A stretch of 64,000 nucleotides of DNA from Blepharisma stoltei ATCC 30299 (GCA_965603825.1 CBFDEM010000041.1:615472-679471); one strand, 5' to 3'; positions 1-11,848 are shown, numbered from the stretch's first letter. The notes: a model not told the origin generated them from the sequence alone. Program-made: numbers and translations.

Positions 1-3000
1 ATTTTTTGCTATTATCATTTTCCTCTTGTAAATAATTTTTAATCAAGCTACCAATAATCCCATCTGTATTAATATTTCCGTATAAATCTTGTATGCTAAC
101 TGATTTTGGATTTAGTGAAATATATGATATATTCTCATCTTCATTTAGCTTATTTAAAGCTTCAGCCAAAATCTTATAAATCGTTGTTTTTCCACTACCT
201 GCCTCTCCAATTACGATAACCCCCTGCCTTGATTTTATGCATTCGTGCAGCTGTATTATTTTATGAATAAAATTTTCTAGATTTGCATAATTTTTCACCT
301 CAATTAGATGCCTTATTATATTTTCTAAATACGCATAGTTCTTTGGAGGAATTATTTGTGGAAAATGGCTGTAAATAATTGTTTTGAATAATTCTAGATC
401 TTCTTCAACAATTTTAGAAATATTAAAATCTCTGATTGTTCTAGCAAGAATAGTCTCTTCAGACAGGTATTGATGCGAATATTTCAGATTTCCAGCTGCA
501 TTTAGGACAGATTTAATTGATGAGATTCTAAAATGGTAATGAGATTGCTTGGAAAGTTTTTTTGAAGCTGATTCATAAATTTCTATCAATTTCTGAGCTA
601 ATTCTTTTGCTTTATTAAATCCTTTGCATTTAAAAACTGTTTCACAAATTAAAAAATAATCAAATTCTACTATGGCGCATGGCCGAAAATAAAGTTTCAG
701 GCATTTTGGGAGTTCATTTCTATTTTGTGAGGAATTTATTTTAGATTTTATTTTCAAATCAAAATTATTCAATCCATTCACTGTTATAAAAATCCCACAT
801 TTAGGATTTATTTTAAATTGTTTCCCGCTTAATAAAAATTTTTCTTTACTGTTCCTTATAGAAAAATGAACCGCAGAAAGATATCCTGCCATAATAGAAA
901 GAACTTCAATAGAAATTTTATTAAATTCATCAAAGCATGCTCATAATCCACCAACAGCACATCCTAATAATATTTTTTCCAACAAATAAATACTGCAATT
1001 TTTTGTGGAATTTACAAATAAGCAATAAATCCCTAAGCTTTTAGATAGATCTTTAATTGTTTCTGTCTTTCCTGAGCATTGAATGCCTTCAATCGCTCCT
1101 CCATTATGTGTACTAAGTGCTTGAGTTAAAGCTAAATAGCATTTATCAGTGATAGGAGTAATAACTAGTCTCGGTGTATTTCCTAAATATTCGTTTGAAT
1201 AAGCAAAATTTGCTGCTAATTGTTTTATTATGCAATTATCAGAGTAAAAATCCCAATAATATTTAAACTGTTTTTCTCAGTTAAAATCGTCCACTTTTTT
1301 AACATAATTTCCAATTAAACTTCCTATAACATCTCTATTATGAATTTCAAAAATAATTAAATTTTCAACCAAAATCCTTTGTATTTCTGTAACTTTTCCA
1401 TTAATTATGGAAATTAAATCTGCGATTTTAATATCTGTAGAATTATAGCAATCTTTCAAAGCATCATCATTAATATTGGTATCAATATGGCTTAAGGCTC
1501 TACTTGTGCTATTTGTAAATATAATTTGATTTCCTATTAAAATACATTGTGCAGGGATTTTACCATTTAAAACTCATTCTTTTCTAGCTAAATTTTCAGA
1601 TGGATAAGTATCTTGAGCTTTCTTAATATAATCATGCATAGTTTTTATGATAATTTCTTCAATGCTTATCAATCAATGTTCAATATTTCCTTCAATAATC
1701 AACGGAGACACAAATTCCACTTTTTCGTCTTCTTGGCTTATTATTGATAAAGCTTGTATTGTTTCTCCTTCTTTTTCCAATATAATTTCTTTTATTGAGC
1801 TAAAACATTTTGAGATATAATAATTTAATTGGATTGGGCTTTCCATTTTACTTAAAATTTCTAATATTTCTTGGTTCGATAAGAAATAAAACCGTGGAAA
1901 AGCAAGTTTTTTGGTCTCTAAATACCCATCTAATGATTTTTGGATTTCTTCAAGAATTTTTTTATTTTGCAGCAATTTTTCTAAAATTCCAGGAATTTCG
2001 CATGCGTCAAGCACACTTGGATTTCTAAAGGTTGCAATCATGATGTCTATCCAAAAATAATTAACTATATTAAACTTCGCAGTTTCCATTGGCAGCTGTT
2101 TTTGCATTTCACGATTGCTAAAAATACTTTCAAAATAGCTTCAGAGCTCTTGGCAAGCTATTCACTCTTCTATTACTTCTTTAATATTTTTTAATTTAAT
2201 TTCTCAAAATTCGAGTTTTTCTTTAAATTCATAACAGTATCTATTCTCCCACAATAAATGAATAGTCGATAGATGATCTTCAAGCTGATTATAAACTTCT
2301 TCAACACCGCCAATGCAATATCTATCTTTTTGATCTCTATATTTTATTATAGTAAAAACTGTTTGTTCCCATTTGCTTTTAATTTCAGTAATCGCAGTTT
2401 CTATGTCTAGTTCTGAGTTTGCATCATAAGCTACTAGATCAAGTTTATCCGCAATGGCAACAATTTCTCATTCAAGGAGCTCATATAGACAAAATTGTTT
2501 TCCTTCAATGTACTCGACTCCTGTAGGCAAAGATTTAAATATTTTTTCTCAGTGTCTAGGCTGCAGTGATTTTATGCTGAGGGTTTCTACAATAGGGACT
2601 ATTTTGGTTACTTTTGTTATTTTTTCACTAAAATCTTGAGTTAATACATCAGTTGAGATTTCAAGATTTTTTTGGTTTGTTTTGACCATTTCTAGCTCTT
2701 TATTAAATTGGTTGACAACAAAGCCTATATCTTTTTTTAGTTCTAAAAAGTTGTCATACATCAATTCATGAAAAAAATTGTCTCATTCTTTTCTTAAACT
2801 CCAGAATTGGTGCCATGACTTGAGTTTCTTCCAAATTAAATCCAGCTCAGTAATTTCAGGCAATTTTATTTCTAAAATTACTTCGTATTTTTTATATTTT
2901 TCAATTTTCTGGGTAAGTTTTGTTAAATTTTCTTCTATTCTATTCAGCTCAAATAATGCTTCGTTAGGATTGGTGTCAGGTTTTGTGAGTTTTCCTTTGC

Positions 3001-5146
3001 TTAGTTTTTCAGCCAATTCTTGGTTTACTTTATTTTGTAGAGCTCTAATTTTTATTAGCAGCTTCTTTTCCATCGGTTTTTTATTTTTGAAGAGATCTTG
3101 ATTTGCCGATTGCAAGAATGATTTTGTAGAAATTGTTTCTTTTTCAAGTTCATATAGTTTTTCATTAATCAAAGCATTTTCTGCACCTCTTTCTTTATGA
3201 AAAACAACAGCTGTTTTATTTATTTCAATTTTTAAGCCTTCTGCTTGCTCAACTTGGACTAAACTTTCTTGAAGGAATTGAATATTATTTGCAAATTCGC
3301 TTAACTTTTGATTATCCTGCTTCAATTTATTTTGGATTGATTTTAATGAATAAATTGTTTTGGATACTTTTTCCATTATCATTTCATATAAATATTCTTT
3401 TAATTCTTTTTGAATTATTACAAAAGTATCGACAATATTTTGCCGAAGAGCTTTACCATCTATAAAAAGAATGCTATTTCCATTCACTGGAAGTTGAAAA
3501 GGCATGAAATTTGGAATATCAGATGTAATTCATCCTTTTATTTTCTCTATTTCTTGATTTATTTCTATTAATGGATGATTTTTCAATTTTCATTGATCAA
3601 AATTTCAAGCTATAAAAAATTGATAAATTAGCCTTATTTTTTCAAAATAATCTTCAATGCTGCATTGTGCTTCTTTAAAGTCCTGGTTGATTTTAATCTT
3701 AAATTTTTTTAAAATTTTGATAAAAAATTTTGAGTTTTTTATAATTTTTTTTGGTTGTGGAAAATCTGAAATGTGATGAGGGTCTACAATCTCATTAAAA
3801 TGAGAATTAAGCTTGGTAATTTTATCTAAATCAGATAGAGTTTCTTCAATAATAATTTCAATATTACTTATTACTTCTTGGTTATTTGGCGACAAATAAA
3901 TTGAGTTTTCTTCATATTTTATATTGACAAAAAATTTTTTTGATTTTTTTGCTAATAACTCTTTGAAAAAATCTTTAATTTTTTTTTGCAATTGAGTAAC
4001 GAGAGTCTCAATAATAATGTAATAAATTAATCTGATATAGCTGCCTGACATCCATATATGCCTTTCTTTAAGCATTATATTATATTTAACCTCTTCCTCT
4101 TCCTTCTTCTGTTGGAATAATGATTTATTCTTTTTTCCTCCATAAATATCTATCTCTTCATGCCTAAAAACTTCCCGATTTTTGACAGATTTTCAAACAG
4201 TTCATAATTCTTTCATGATACTATTCATTATTATCCCAAGAGCTTTTTGTGCATGAATTCTTGCATCTCTTTGACTATTTTTTAAATTTTCTATTTCAAT
4301 TATTTTCACATCATTCATAACTAACCAATTAGATTTCTCCATTTCATATGTAAATTCATTAATTTTAGTTATATTTTCCACAAATACAGTCTGCCCAAAT
4401 AGCAAATTATTCCTCAAAATTTCTCTATTAGTCAAATATTTGCATTTTTTATGTTTTTCCCTTCATAACAAAAATATTTTTCCTGCTAAATAATGCTTAA
4501 AAAATTTTATTTCTCTTATTAAATCAAAATTTCTGCTCTGAATCAATCAATCGTCAAGGGCGCAGCATTCTGTTTGAAAATTATTTATACTTTCTAAAGA
4601 AACATTAACAACTCCATGAGATGAAATTACAAAATGGTCACCTGATATCTCATTTTTATTAACAACAATAAGGTCATAAGGTCGAAAGTATCTTGGGTTA
4701 TATGGTATATTTTTGCAATAAAAAAATTTGGCTGGGGTATAGTTTCCATACTTTTTAAAGAAAGATATCGCATCTTCCCCAGTTTTGACGTTTTTTAAAT
4801 CATCAGTAATTAAATCTTCTTCCTCTGTGAAACAAGTGATTTGGGATATTGGAGCTATTAAATCTTTTGGCTTGATAAAATCTAATTTTTGATCAAAAGA
4901 TTTTACGTTTATGGACTTTTCTATTGATTTTTTATGAGGCAATCGCTTTGAGGGAGTTAATTCTCAGCTTTTTAATTGTGTATTTAAATCAGATTTATAT
5001 AGAGATAGAAACTTTTTGGTTTTTTTCGATTTATCAAGGCTGAAACTTACTGCTGTCTGCTCGATGCATTTATTTTCTCTCCTATTTAGCTTCAAAATCT
5101 TTAGAGGCTTTTCACTGTCTTTGTCTTGGTTGCATTTATTATTCAT
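1..5146 (-). CDS. Axonemal (inner-arm, DNAH6-like) dynein heavy chain, N-terminal tail/linker/AAA1/AAA2; runs off the left edge of the window
   Basis: ORFs 4964-5146, 4547-4942, 4202-4435, 3605-4075, 2783-3505, 2549-2764, 1673-2107 and 1277-1459 share one frame and are broken at TGA. Motifs: RPYDLIVV in the tail, FPRFYFLSN in the linker, RLVITPITDKCY, AAA1 P-loop GIQCSGKTETIKDL, Walker B W(TGA)ACFDEFN, AAA2 GEAGSGKTT. Confidence 0.93.
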
Positions 5147-5326
5147 TTATTATTATACCCATCTGAATCAAAATGATACACTCTGTAATGAAAACAAAGG
5201 GTGAAAAGAATCTTTAAGCAAGATTATTTTAGAATTATTTAATATAGTAGATTTACTATCCAATATTTAAAATAATTCTGTCTTTCAAAAGCAGTGTAAC
5301 TAATATTTCTTAACTTAACTTCTTTC

Positions 5327-5833
5327 TTACTCTTTCTTAGAATTTTCTTTGTTTTCCGAAGAACTCAGTTTGAATCCTGTTAGTAGCTCAAGTCTTTTAA
5401 CATATCCTAATGTTTGCAGCTTTCTATTTTTAATCTTTTCGTAGTAATTATACGCAGACATGTACTCCTTAAAAGCGTCTTTCTTAATATTATACTCAAC
5501 ATTAAGCTGCTCTGCAAGTCTGCCAATATATCCACTTATGTAGATGATAATTCCTCTAGTCAGAAGTGATTCACCAAAAATTGATGAAAACCTAGGATAA
5601 TTTTTTTTGAATCTTCCTGAATATGAGATCAGCGATAGCCCGAGCGAAGATATCAGGAAAATAGCCATAATTCCTTGACTTCCAATAGGATTGTTTTCGT
5701 ACACTTTTGCTCTAAGCTCTTCAGTTCTATAAAATTGTGTTAAGATATGGACTGCTGTAAGCTCTTTTTGTGCTTGCTCTCGAAGCATCATCCTTTGCTT
5801 TTCCTTGAAGCTTTCGGTCTGGCGAATATCCAT
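5327..5833 (-). CDS. Hypothetical membrane protein (168 aa, 1-2 hydrophobic segments)
   Basis: ATG-TAA ORF flanked by AT-rich spacers; hydrophobic stretch GIMAIFLISSLGLSLISY. Confidence 0.7.
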   Translation of the reverse strand: MDIRQTESFKEKQRMMLREQAQKELTAVHILTQFYRTEELRAKVYENNPIGSQGIMAIFLISSLGLSLISYSGRFKKNYPRFSSIFGESLLTRGIIIYISGYIGRLAEQLNVEYNIKKDAFKEYMSAYNYYEKIKNRKLQTLGYVKRLELLTGFKLSSSENKENSKKE

Positions 5834-6031
5834 TTATGAGTTTGTTTTATATAATGTAAAATTAAGATAATTTTTACTTTTATACTAGAATTATTGATGA
5901 TAAAATTTTTATTTTATTTCTGACTTTATACAAAAGACAAAGGCATTTTAATTAAAAGTATGGCAAGTTTGGAGATAATTTACTAATTTACCCATTATAT
6001 TTGATAATGATTTTAATATAATATATATGAA

Positions 6032-6232
6032 ATGGACCTGAATAACAGCAGACCTATTTTAAAAAGCAAAAGTTTAGAGCTGGATGTGAAATATAAAAAG
6101 AGAGTATCATTCAGAGATAACACTAATTCTGAGACGAGCTCAATAGCAGATGTGCATGAAGTAGAATCATATAAACAATATAATGTTGAAGAAAAACAAG
6201 AAGGCACGTGTCTTACATGTATTGTCTTTTAA
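6032..6232 (+). CDS. 66-aa protein with RVxF PP1-docking motif and C-terminal CaaX box
   Basis: PILK...KKRVSF...VHEVESYKQYN...CLTCIVF-stop (TAA). Confidence 0.7.
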   Translation: MDLNNSRPILKSKSLELDVKYKKRVSFRDNTNSETSSIADVHEVESYKQYNVEEKQEGTCLTCIVF

Positions 6233-6777
6233 ATTAATTTTATTTTGTTATTTCTAGGAGAATTTTTAAACGAAACTGTTTAATATTAAGGTAACTTGAT
6301 TAATTTTAGATCGACAAAATCAGTTTCATATATTCATCAATGAAATTTGCCACAGCAAATTAGTGAAATATGTGCATAGAGTTAATTCAGAATATTAATA
6401 TATACGAAAAGCTTATCATTTCACAGTTGATCCTATATTTCAAAGAAGTATAAGTAAAGTTAAAATTTAATTTCTTCTTTTTTCTGCTTCTGTATGACAG
6501 CCACCATTGAATTTCTTATCATTTGCCAAACTTTCAGAAGCTCTACCTTGGAATGAAAGTTTAATTTGCTGTGCAAAAGCAATTTGTATGCAGTAATGTT
6601 AATTTAAATATATAATGCACTATAAGTTATTCGAAAAATATTCGGCATAAGTCTTTTAACATTAAATGATAAACTAAATTTCTGATTCTAATCCATATTT
6701 CCTATCTGCTAATTGCATTTCAAGCTGTTTCACAATATTTTAAATAATTCCCATATGAAATTATATTGAAAAATTGG

Positions 6778-7176
6778 TTAATTACAATTTGGAAAGCAAT
6801 CCATAATTAAATTTCTTGAAACTTTTCTATTATTAAGCAAAATTGTTTCAGGTTTAGTAGTCAAACAAGCTGTTTTGAAATTTCTCCTAGGACTTGGGAT
6901 AGAAATATCATGGGAAGCTTTTATTACTTTTGGTGTAGAAAAATCATTATGGACAAAGGAAAATTGGTCTGTATATCTTGAAGTTAAAGATTGCTTCCTT
7001 CTTTCTCGGGGTGAAATATAGACGGATCCTGTTGTCAAAGAAGGCAACGAAAGCCTAAGTTTCGGTACTGAGCTTGGCTTAGAGGAGCTAAGCCGCAAGG
7101 CTCTATAAGTATCTGAGCCTTGATCTGCGTCGTCTTGAATTACTTTGAAAGGGGAGAGTCTAACTGTTTTATCCAT
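6778..7176 (-). CDS. Hypothetical Ser/Pro-rich protein
   Basis: ATG-TAA ORF of 132 aa, GC content above flanks; the 3' end is uncertain. Confidence 0.6.
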   Translation of the reverse strand: MDKTVRLSPFKVIQDDADQGSDTYRALRLSSSKPSSVPKLRLSLPSLTTGSVYISPRERRKQSLTSRYTDQFSFVHNDFSTPKVIKASHDISIPSPRRNFKTACLTTKPETILLNNRKVSRNLIMDCFPNCN

Positions 7177-7216
7177 TTATAAAATATAACTAAGATCTAA
7201 TAAAACTATCAATTTA

Positions 7217-8536
7217 TTACACATTACTGAGCTCATCTACCATAAAAACTTCTTTGCACTGTAAATCAAACCTAAAAAGCTTATAGTCATGATTTATAAA
7301 AAAAACTGAATTTGAATGATAATGTTGATAGGAAATCAAATAGCCTAAATTCAGGACTTCTTCACAGACAACATGCCATTTTGTTATGTCATTTGTTTTG
7401 CTTTCGTATATAACATTTCCGGATAAAATTGCATAAACCCTTTCATTTCCTAGGCATAAAAGTTTTTGCTCTTCAGAGCTGAAAGTATAAATTTTTGTAT
7501 ATTTGTTTGTGACTGGGTTATAGGAAAAAATTTTATTGTTGCCTCTTCCTGATATTAAGATTTGTTCATTAAAAACTACACAGGAACAAAAATCTGCAGA
7601 CTGAGGAAGTGATGGTAAAGATTCCCATGAATTTTGTATAAAATTAAATTTTTCAGCCCTTTTCATAGTTCCTTCATTATTTTTTCCTCCAAAAGTATAT
7701 ACACATCCTTTCATATAAACTGCGCCTGACCCTGTGCATGGAGTACCACTAGGCAGCTGAGCAACCCTTAAAGAAGTTTCAATAATAAACGTAGCCCCTG
7801 AGTACTCATTTGTTAAATTTCCATAGCAAAAAAGACTTTTATCAGGAAGTAAGCATAAACAAGTGCTGCTGTTTATTTTTTCATTTAATTGTAAATAAAG
7901 TGACCTAGTTTTGAGACTTGAGACGTTGACAGATATTAACTCTTTTGAAAAACATTTAAAAAATAATAATTCGTTTTCCCCAGACTCAACGTTTTGGTCA
8001 AAAGATAAAAGACTCGATAAAAAATTGATATTGAAAAGATCTTTAACTGAATCTAAAGATTTTGTCATATTGAAATTAAGGGTAGGGAACTTCCAGTCGC
8101 TTAAAATATTTTCTGCATCTTCAAGCTTCAAATTTAATAAATTTTCAACATAGTTCAGCTGGCTGAAATTCGAGATTTCTTTGGTAGAATTAATCTCTTC
8201 AATTATTTCCGTACATCTTTTGCCTAACTTAAGCAAGATTTCACATGATTTTTCTACACAATTTTCTATATTTTGGATAAGTTCAGAAGACTTTTTTAAA
8301 ATTTCTGCTATAGTTTTGGCTGCTTCTTCTTTTATATTAGAAAGTTTTTCAATTGCGATTTGTTTTGTTTGAAAATTAGGAGCAGTATAAATTTCACCAA
8401 TATTGTGGTCACTCAGATTGCCTGATTCAATATGCTCTGTATAATGCTCACTACACATATAAAACCGATTAGGAACACAGGAGCAGGTCATAATTGGCTT
8501 GTTTTGGCAATCTTCTTTGAAACATCTTTTATGCAT
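7217..8536 (-). CDS. Kelch-repeat protein with N-terminal Cys/His zinc-binding region and coiled coil
   Basis: CFKEDC..CSC..CSEHYTEH N-terminus; kelch motif CVYTFGG...AEKFNFIQNSWESLPSLP; ILISG...IFSYNPVTNKY. Confidence 0.85.
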   Translation of the reverse strand: MHKRCFKEDCQNKPIMTCSCVPNRFYMCSEHYTEHIESGNLSDHNIGEIYTAPNFQTKQIAIEKLSNIKEEAAKTIAEILKKSSELIQNIENCVEKSCEILLKLGKRCTEIIEEINSTKEISNFSQLNYVENLLNLKLEDAENILSDWKFPTLNFNMTKSLDSVKDLFNINFLSSLLSFDQNVESGENELLFFKCFSKELISVNVSSLKTRSLYLQLNEKINSSTCLCLLPDKSLFCYGNLTNEYSGATFIIETSLRVAQLPSGTPCTGSGAVYMKGCVYTFGGKNNEGTMKRAEKFNFIQNSWESLPSLPQSADFCSCVVFNEQILISGRGNNKIFSYNPVTNKYTKIYTFSSEEQKLLCLGNERVYAILSGNVIYESKTNDITKWHVVCEEVLNLGYLISYQHYHSNSVFFINHDYKLFRFDLQCKEVFMVDELSNV

Positions 8537-8617
8537 TTGAAAATTAATAAATAATTTTAGTGTTTTGATTTATTTAAAAAATTATAATAAATTAGTATCA
8601 GCATTTTCTATAATAAT

Positions 8618-9385
8618 TTATCAAGGCTCTAAATTTCCAATAGAGATCGCTTTTTGAATATTTTTATCTTTTATATTCTTCTTGGATGTTACTCTAATTA
8701 TAGGCATTTCCACTTTGAGACCATTTGGATTATCTAAGTTGCAAGTGATGCTTTTATTCAGTTTTGAGTCTAAAGGCTTCTTTTTATCATTTTTACTGGA
8801 AGTACCAATGATTCTCTTGATTCTTATTTTATCAATTTTTCCTTTTTTTCCTTCTATTTCCAGCCTAATTTTAAATTACTTTCCATCAACGATCGAATTA
8901 GTCCTTGTAAAACTTTTTCCAAAATCTCTATAGAATTTTGCAGGCCTTGCTCCATTCATTTTTGTAGCAGTTTTTGGCCTGATAGCTTTATTAGAATAAT
9001 TCTCAGGAGAATTCGGACAAGTCGCAAACTCTCCATTTCCTACAGATGATAAAGCTAATTCACTATTTAAGTTTTTTGAAGACTGATGATAGCCTTGCCT
9101 TGCCCTGGAATGCAAAATTAATTGACGATTTGGCTTGTTTCATTTATCTTTTTGGAAATTCTCAAAAACTCCACAATAAAAACTGCCCTTGGGTACGGTA
9201 CTTGATAAGTCTAGGTTTGATGACTTAAATGATTTTCCTAAAAAGGGAGAAAAATCTAATGGAAAACCAGTATAAGGATTATGAGAATTCATGTATATTG
9301 AGTCTAAAGTACTTAAAAGCTTTTCGCATGTTTGATCACCTTTAAAGCTTCCTTGAAATACCGTTTGTGATGAATTTTTTTTCAT
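8618..9385 (-). CDS. Hypothetical basic protein (1 intron, TGA=Trp)
   Basis: ORFs 9140-9394 and 8876-9115 are in frame via TGA. The TAA at 8876 lies inside a 15-nt intron, 8865-8879 (GTAATTTAAAATTAG). The spliced frame continues to TAA at 8618. Confidence 0.65.
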
Positions 9386-9542
9386 AAAGAGCAATCAATT
9401 AAAATCAATATGAAAATAGACATTGCCCAAATCAGTAATATTGCTTAGAAAATAATTTAAAAAAATTTATATTTAGCTCTCCTTAAAACTTTTTAAAGTT
9501 ATTTATATTGTTGAATGATTTAATTAGAGCAGACATTTGTTC

Positions 9543-10604
9543 TTAAGATACAGAAAATACAACAATTTCTGTCCATAGAACAGGCCCAAAAACTAATCCA
9601 TCACAGTCAACTAATTTTCAATAGCTCCTGAATCTTCCTGGATTACTCGGAGCAACGCAAATTACTGAAACATCTACTTCTTCTCCAGCCCAAGCAGAGT
9701 CAACAACTACAGCTTCTCCAGAAAAATCTCCATGAGAGAACATGCATCAGCATCCTTCGTTTCAAGCTTCTTCTCCGTCATTTCTTAGTCTCCAAGTTTT
9801 TACAAATGAAGCTCCAGCTACAAATCTATCTCCATCCATTACTCTTACATCTCTTACAAAAACAGCACTTAGTGGGGATACCCTAGCCAATGTTTCATCT
9901 AAAATTCTTGCAGACTTATTTATAGCATTTTCAATATTACTTGGTGCTAAAAGTACCTTTACTGGAAGCTTGCTTATCATTTCCTTAACTTCTTCACATT
10001 CTGCTAAAGGAGGGTCAATTATTTTTGATTTAGAAGAATCTAATTCAAAGTCTTCTCCACTTTTGGCTTTAATTTCTTCAAGTTTTTTTAATTCCGTTTC
10101 CTCATTTTTTATATAATTTTGTAAGCTTGTTTCTAATTTTGATATTTTTTGGTCTAAATTTCCATGAGTTTGTGTTATTAAATTGCTGAGTTCTACTTCT
10201 TTTTTATCAACAACTTCTCTTACTTTTTTAAATCCAGCTTTAAGCTCTTTTAGGCTTCTTTCTTGTTCTTCAGTGAGGACTTTTTTAAGTCCTTTTAATC
10301 CTTCAATTTCTGTGTTAGCTTTGTTTAAGTTTTCTCTTTTGGCTGGAATCACTACTTTTAAGCTTTTAGTTTTTCGATTATCTAGCTCTTCAATGATAGA
10401 TATTAACGAGAAGTTTTTGGGCAAACTATTTAGGGATCGCAAGTCTTTTGTTCTATCATTTGGACATAAAATTCCAAGCCCATTCTTATTCATCATCGTA
10501 AGACAAGTCTTGCAAAATGTATGCCCACATAGCAGCATCAGTGGGGCTTTATTAGACATATCAAATCTTTCAAGGCAAACTCCACAAACTATAAGTTCTT
10601 CCAT
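9543..10604 (-). CDS. RING-finger / coiled-coil / NBR1-type FW (Ig-like) domain protein
   Basis: N-terminal RING (CGVC..CGHTFCKTC..CPND). After TGA read-through the C-terminus is a complete FW domain: FVKTWRLRNDGEEAW..GEEVDVSV..APSNPGRFRSYW..FGPVLW, ending at TAA 9543. Confidence 0.88.
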
Positions 10605-10646
10605 ATTCTATATCTTCTACTAAATTGTCTATTTAAGTAAATATAA

Positions 10647-10859
10647 TTAGTTACTAACCTTAGCTTTCATTCTCTCCATCAGAGGCTCGCATTTTGGTTT
10701 AGTTATCCCAGTCCCGAACCCAGCTCCATACAACACAAATGGCAATCTTTTAGTTTTTGCCAAAATTAATCCTAAGCCAAGTCCTACTAAGCCGCCAATA
10801 GCAGCATTAGTCGCAATTGCTTTTATGCAGCTTTCTGCGTGACTAGTTTTTCCTTCCAT
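10647..10859 (-). CDS. MIC10: MICOS subunit MIC10-like protein (70 aa)
   Basis: Two Gly-rich TM segments, GGLVGLGLGL and YGAGFGTG, joined by a basic loop (KTKR) and followed by CE; ATG at 10857-10859. Confidence 0.65.
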   Translation of the reverse strand: MEGKTSHAESCIKAIATNAAIGGLVGLGLGLILAKTKRLPFVLYGAGFGTGITKPKCEPLMERMKAKVSN

Positions 10860-10870
10860 ATTATTTAAAT

Positions 10871-11839
10871 ATGAGTGACAGTGAAGATGAGCCAACATCA
10901 AAAGTCTTGAACTTTGAAGTCATTAAAAGAGGACTTTTACAAGTCGGCCGAACTTTTGATGGGACTTCTTATGCATTTTTAAAGCTAGAGCTTGAGAACA
11001 GAGAAATTGAGACCATTTCAGAAGATTTAAGCCAATATCAGCATTTGAGATATATCAAGCTCTCAGGTAACCGCTTACAAAATATAGATGTGATCAGCAA
11101 GATACCAAATGTGCTGAGGCTAGATCTTAAAGGGAACCGCGTCAATAATTTAGAAGTGTTTAATAATGAAGAAACGTTCCATTATTTGCAGTTCTTGGAT
11201 CTAAGCAATAACAATGTCAAAAATTTGTCCTCTATTAAAGTACCAAAAATCCTCAGCCTAAATCTCTCTAAAAATGAAATTTCTAACGTTAGTGATTTTC
11301 AAGGACATGCAAATCTAAAGGTGTTAGAACTGAGAGGTAATAAAATAAGTTCACTTATTGGGCTAAAGGGCATGCCAAATTTACAAGAACTGTATTTAGC
11401 CCAGAATAATATAAATTCGCTGGAAGGGTTGGAAGACTTGCCGTCATTGAAAAAGCTGCACTTAAGGAAAAATAAAATTCAGGCACTTGAAGAAGAAAAA
11501 ATTCCTGATTTGCCTGAGCTAGAGTATCTTAATTTGAGAGAAAATGAAGTCCTTGATATAAAACAATTGGGGTTATTAAAAAAACTAGAAAAATTGAAAA
11601 AGCTCAACTTAATTGATTGCCCATTAAATGCAGAACCTAGTGGAAATGCTAAAAAAGAAATTTTAATAGTCCTACCTAAAATTGATTTTGTGAATAAAGA
11701 AGAAGTCACTCAAGACGATCGTGAAGAAGCATACAATGAAGCTCAAGAAAGATTTATTGCTGCTGAAAATGCAAGAAAAGAAGCAGAAAGATTAGCTGAA
11801 GAAGCAGCTGAAAGAGAAAGAGAAAAAGAGCAAGAATAA
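10871..11839 (+). CDS. LRRC23: Leucine-rich repeat protein, LRRC23-like (ciliary/radial spoke)
   Basis: About 8 SDS22-type LRRs (LxxLxLxxNxI), N-terminal GLLQVGRTFDGTSYAFLKL and HLRYIKLSGN, LRR cap and acidic helical tail. Confidence 0.75.
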   Translation: MSDSEDEPTSKVLNFEVIKRGLLQVGRTFDGTSYAFLKLELENREIETISEDLSQYQHLRYIKLSGNRLQNIDVISKIPNVLRLDLKGNRVNNLEVFNNEETFHYLQFLDLSNNNVKNLSSIKVPKILSLNLSKNEISNVSDFQGHANLKVLELRGNKISSLIGLKGMPNLQELYLAQNNINSLEGLEDLPSLKKLHLRKNKIQALEEEKIPDLPELEYLNLRENEVLDIKQLGLLKKLEKLKKLNLIDCPLNAEPSGNAKKEILIVLPKIDFVNKEEVTQDDREEAYNEAQERFIAAENARKEAERLAEEAAEREREKEQE

Positions 11840-11848
11840 TTTTAACCT

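Noticed and set aside
9742-10623. Antisense ORFs such as 9742-10116, 10183-10623, 47377-47886, 52455-52979 and 56108-56494
   Set aside because: These are Phe/Ser/Leu-rich shadows of K/E-rich genes on the opposite strand, with no motifs of their own.
10860-10901. ORF-track N-terminal extension of the MIC10-like ORF overlapping LRRC23
   Set aside because: It relies on a non-ATG or upstream start inside the opposite gene; the ATG at 10859 gives a typical MIC10 length.
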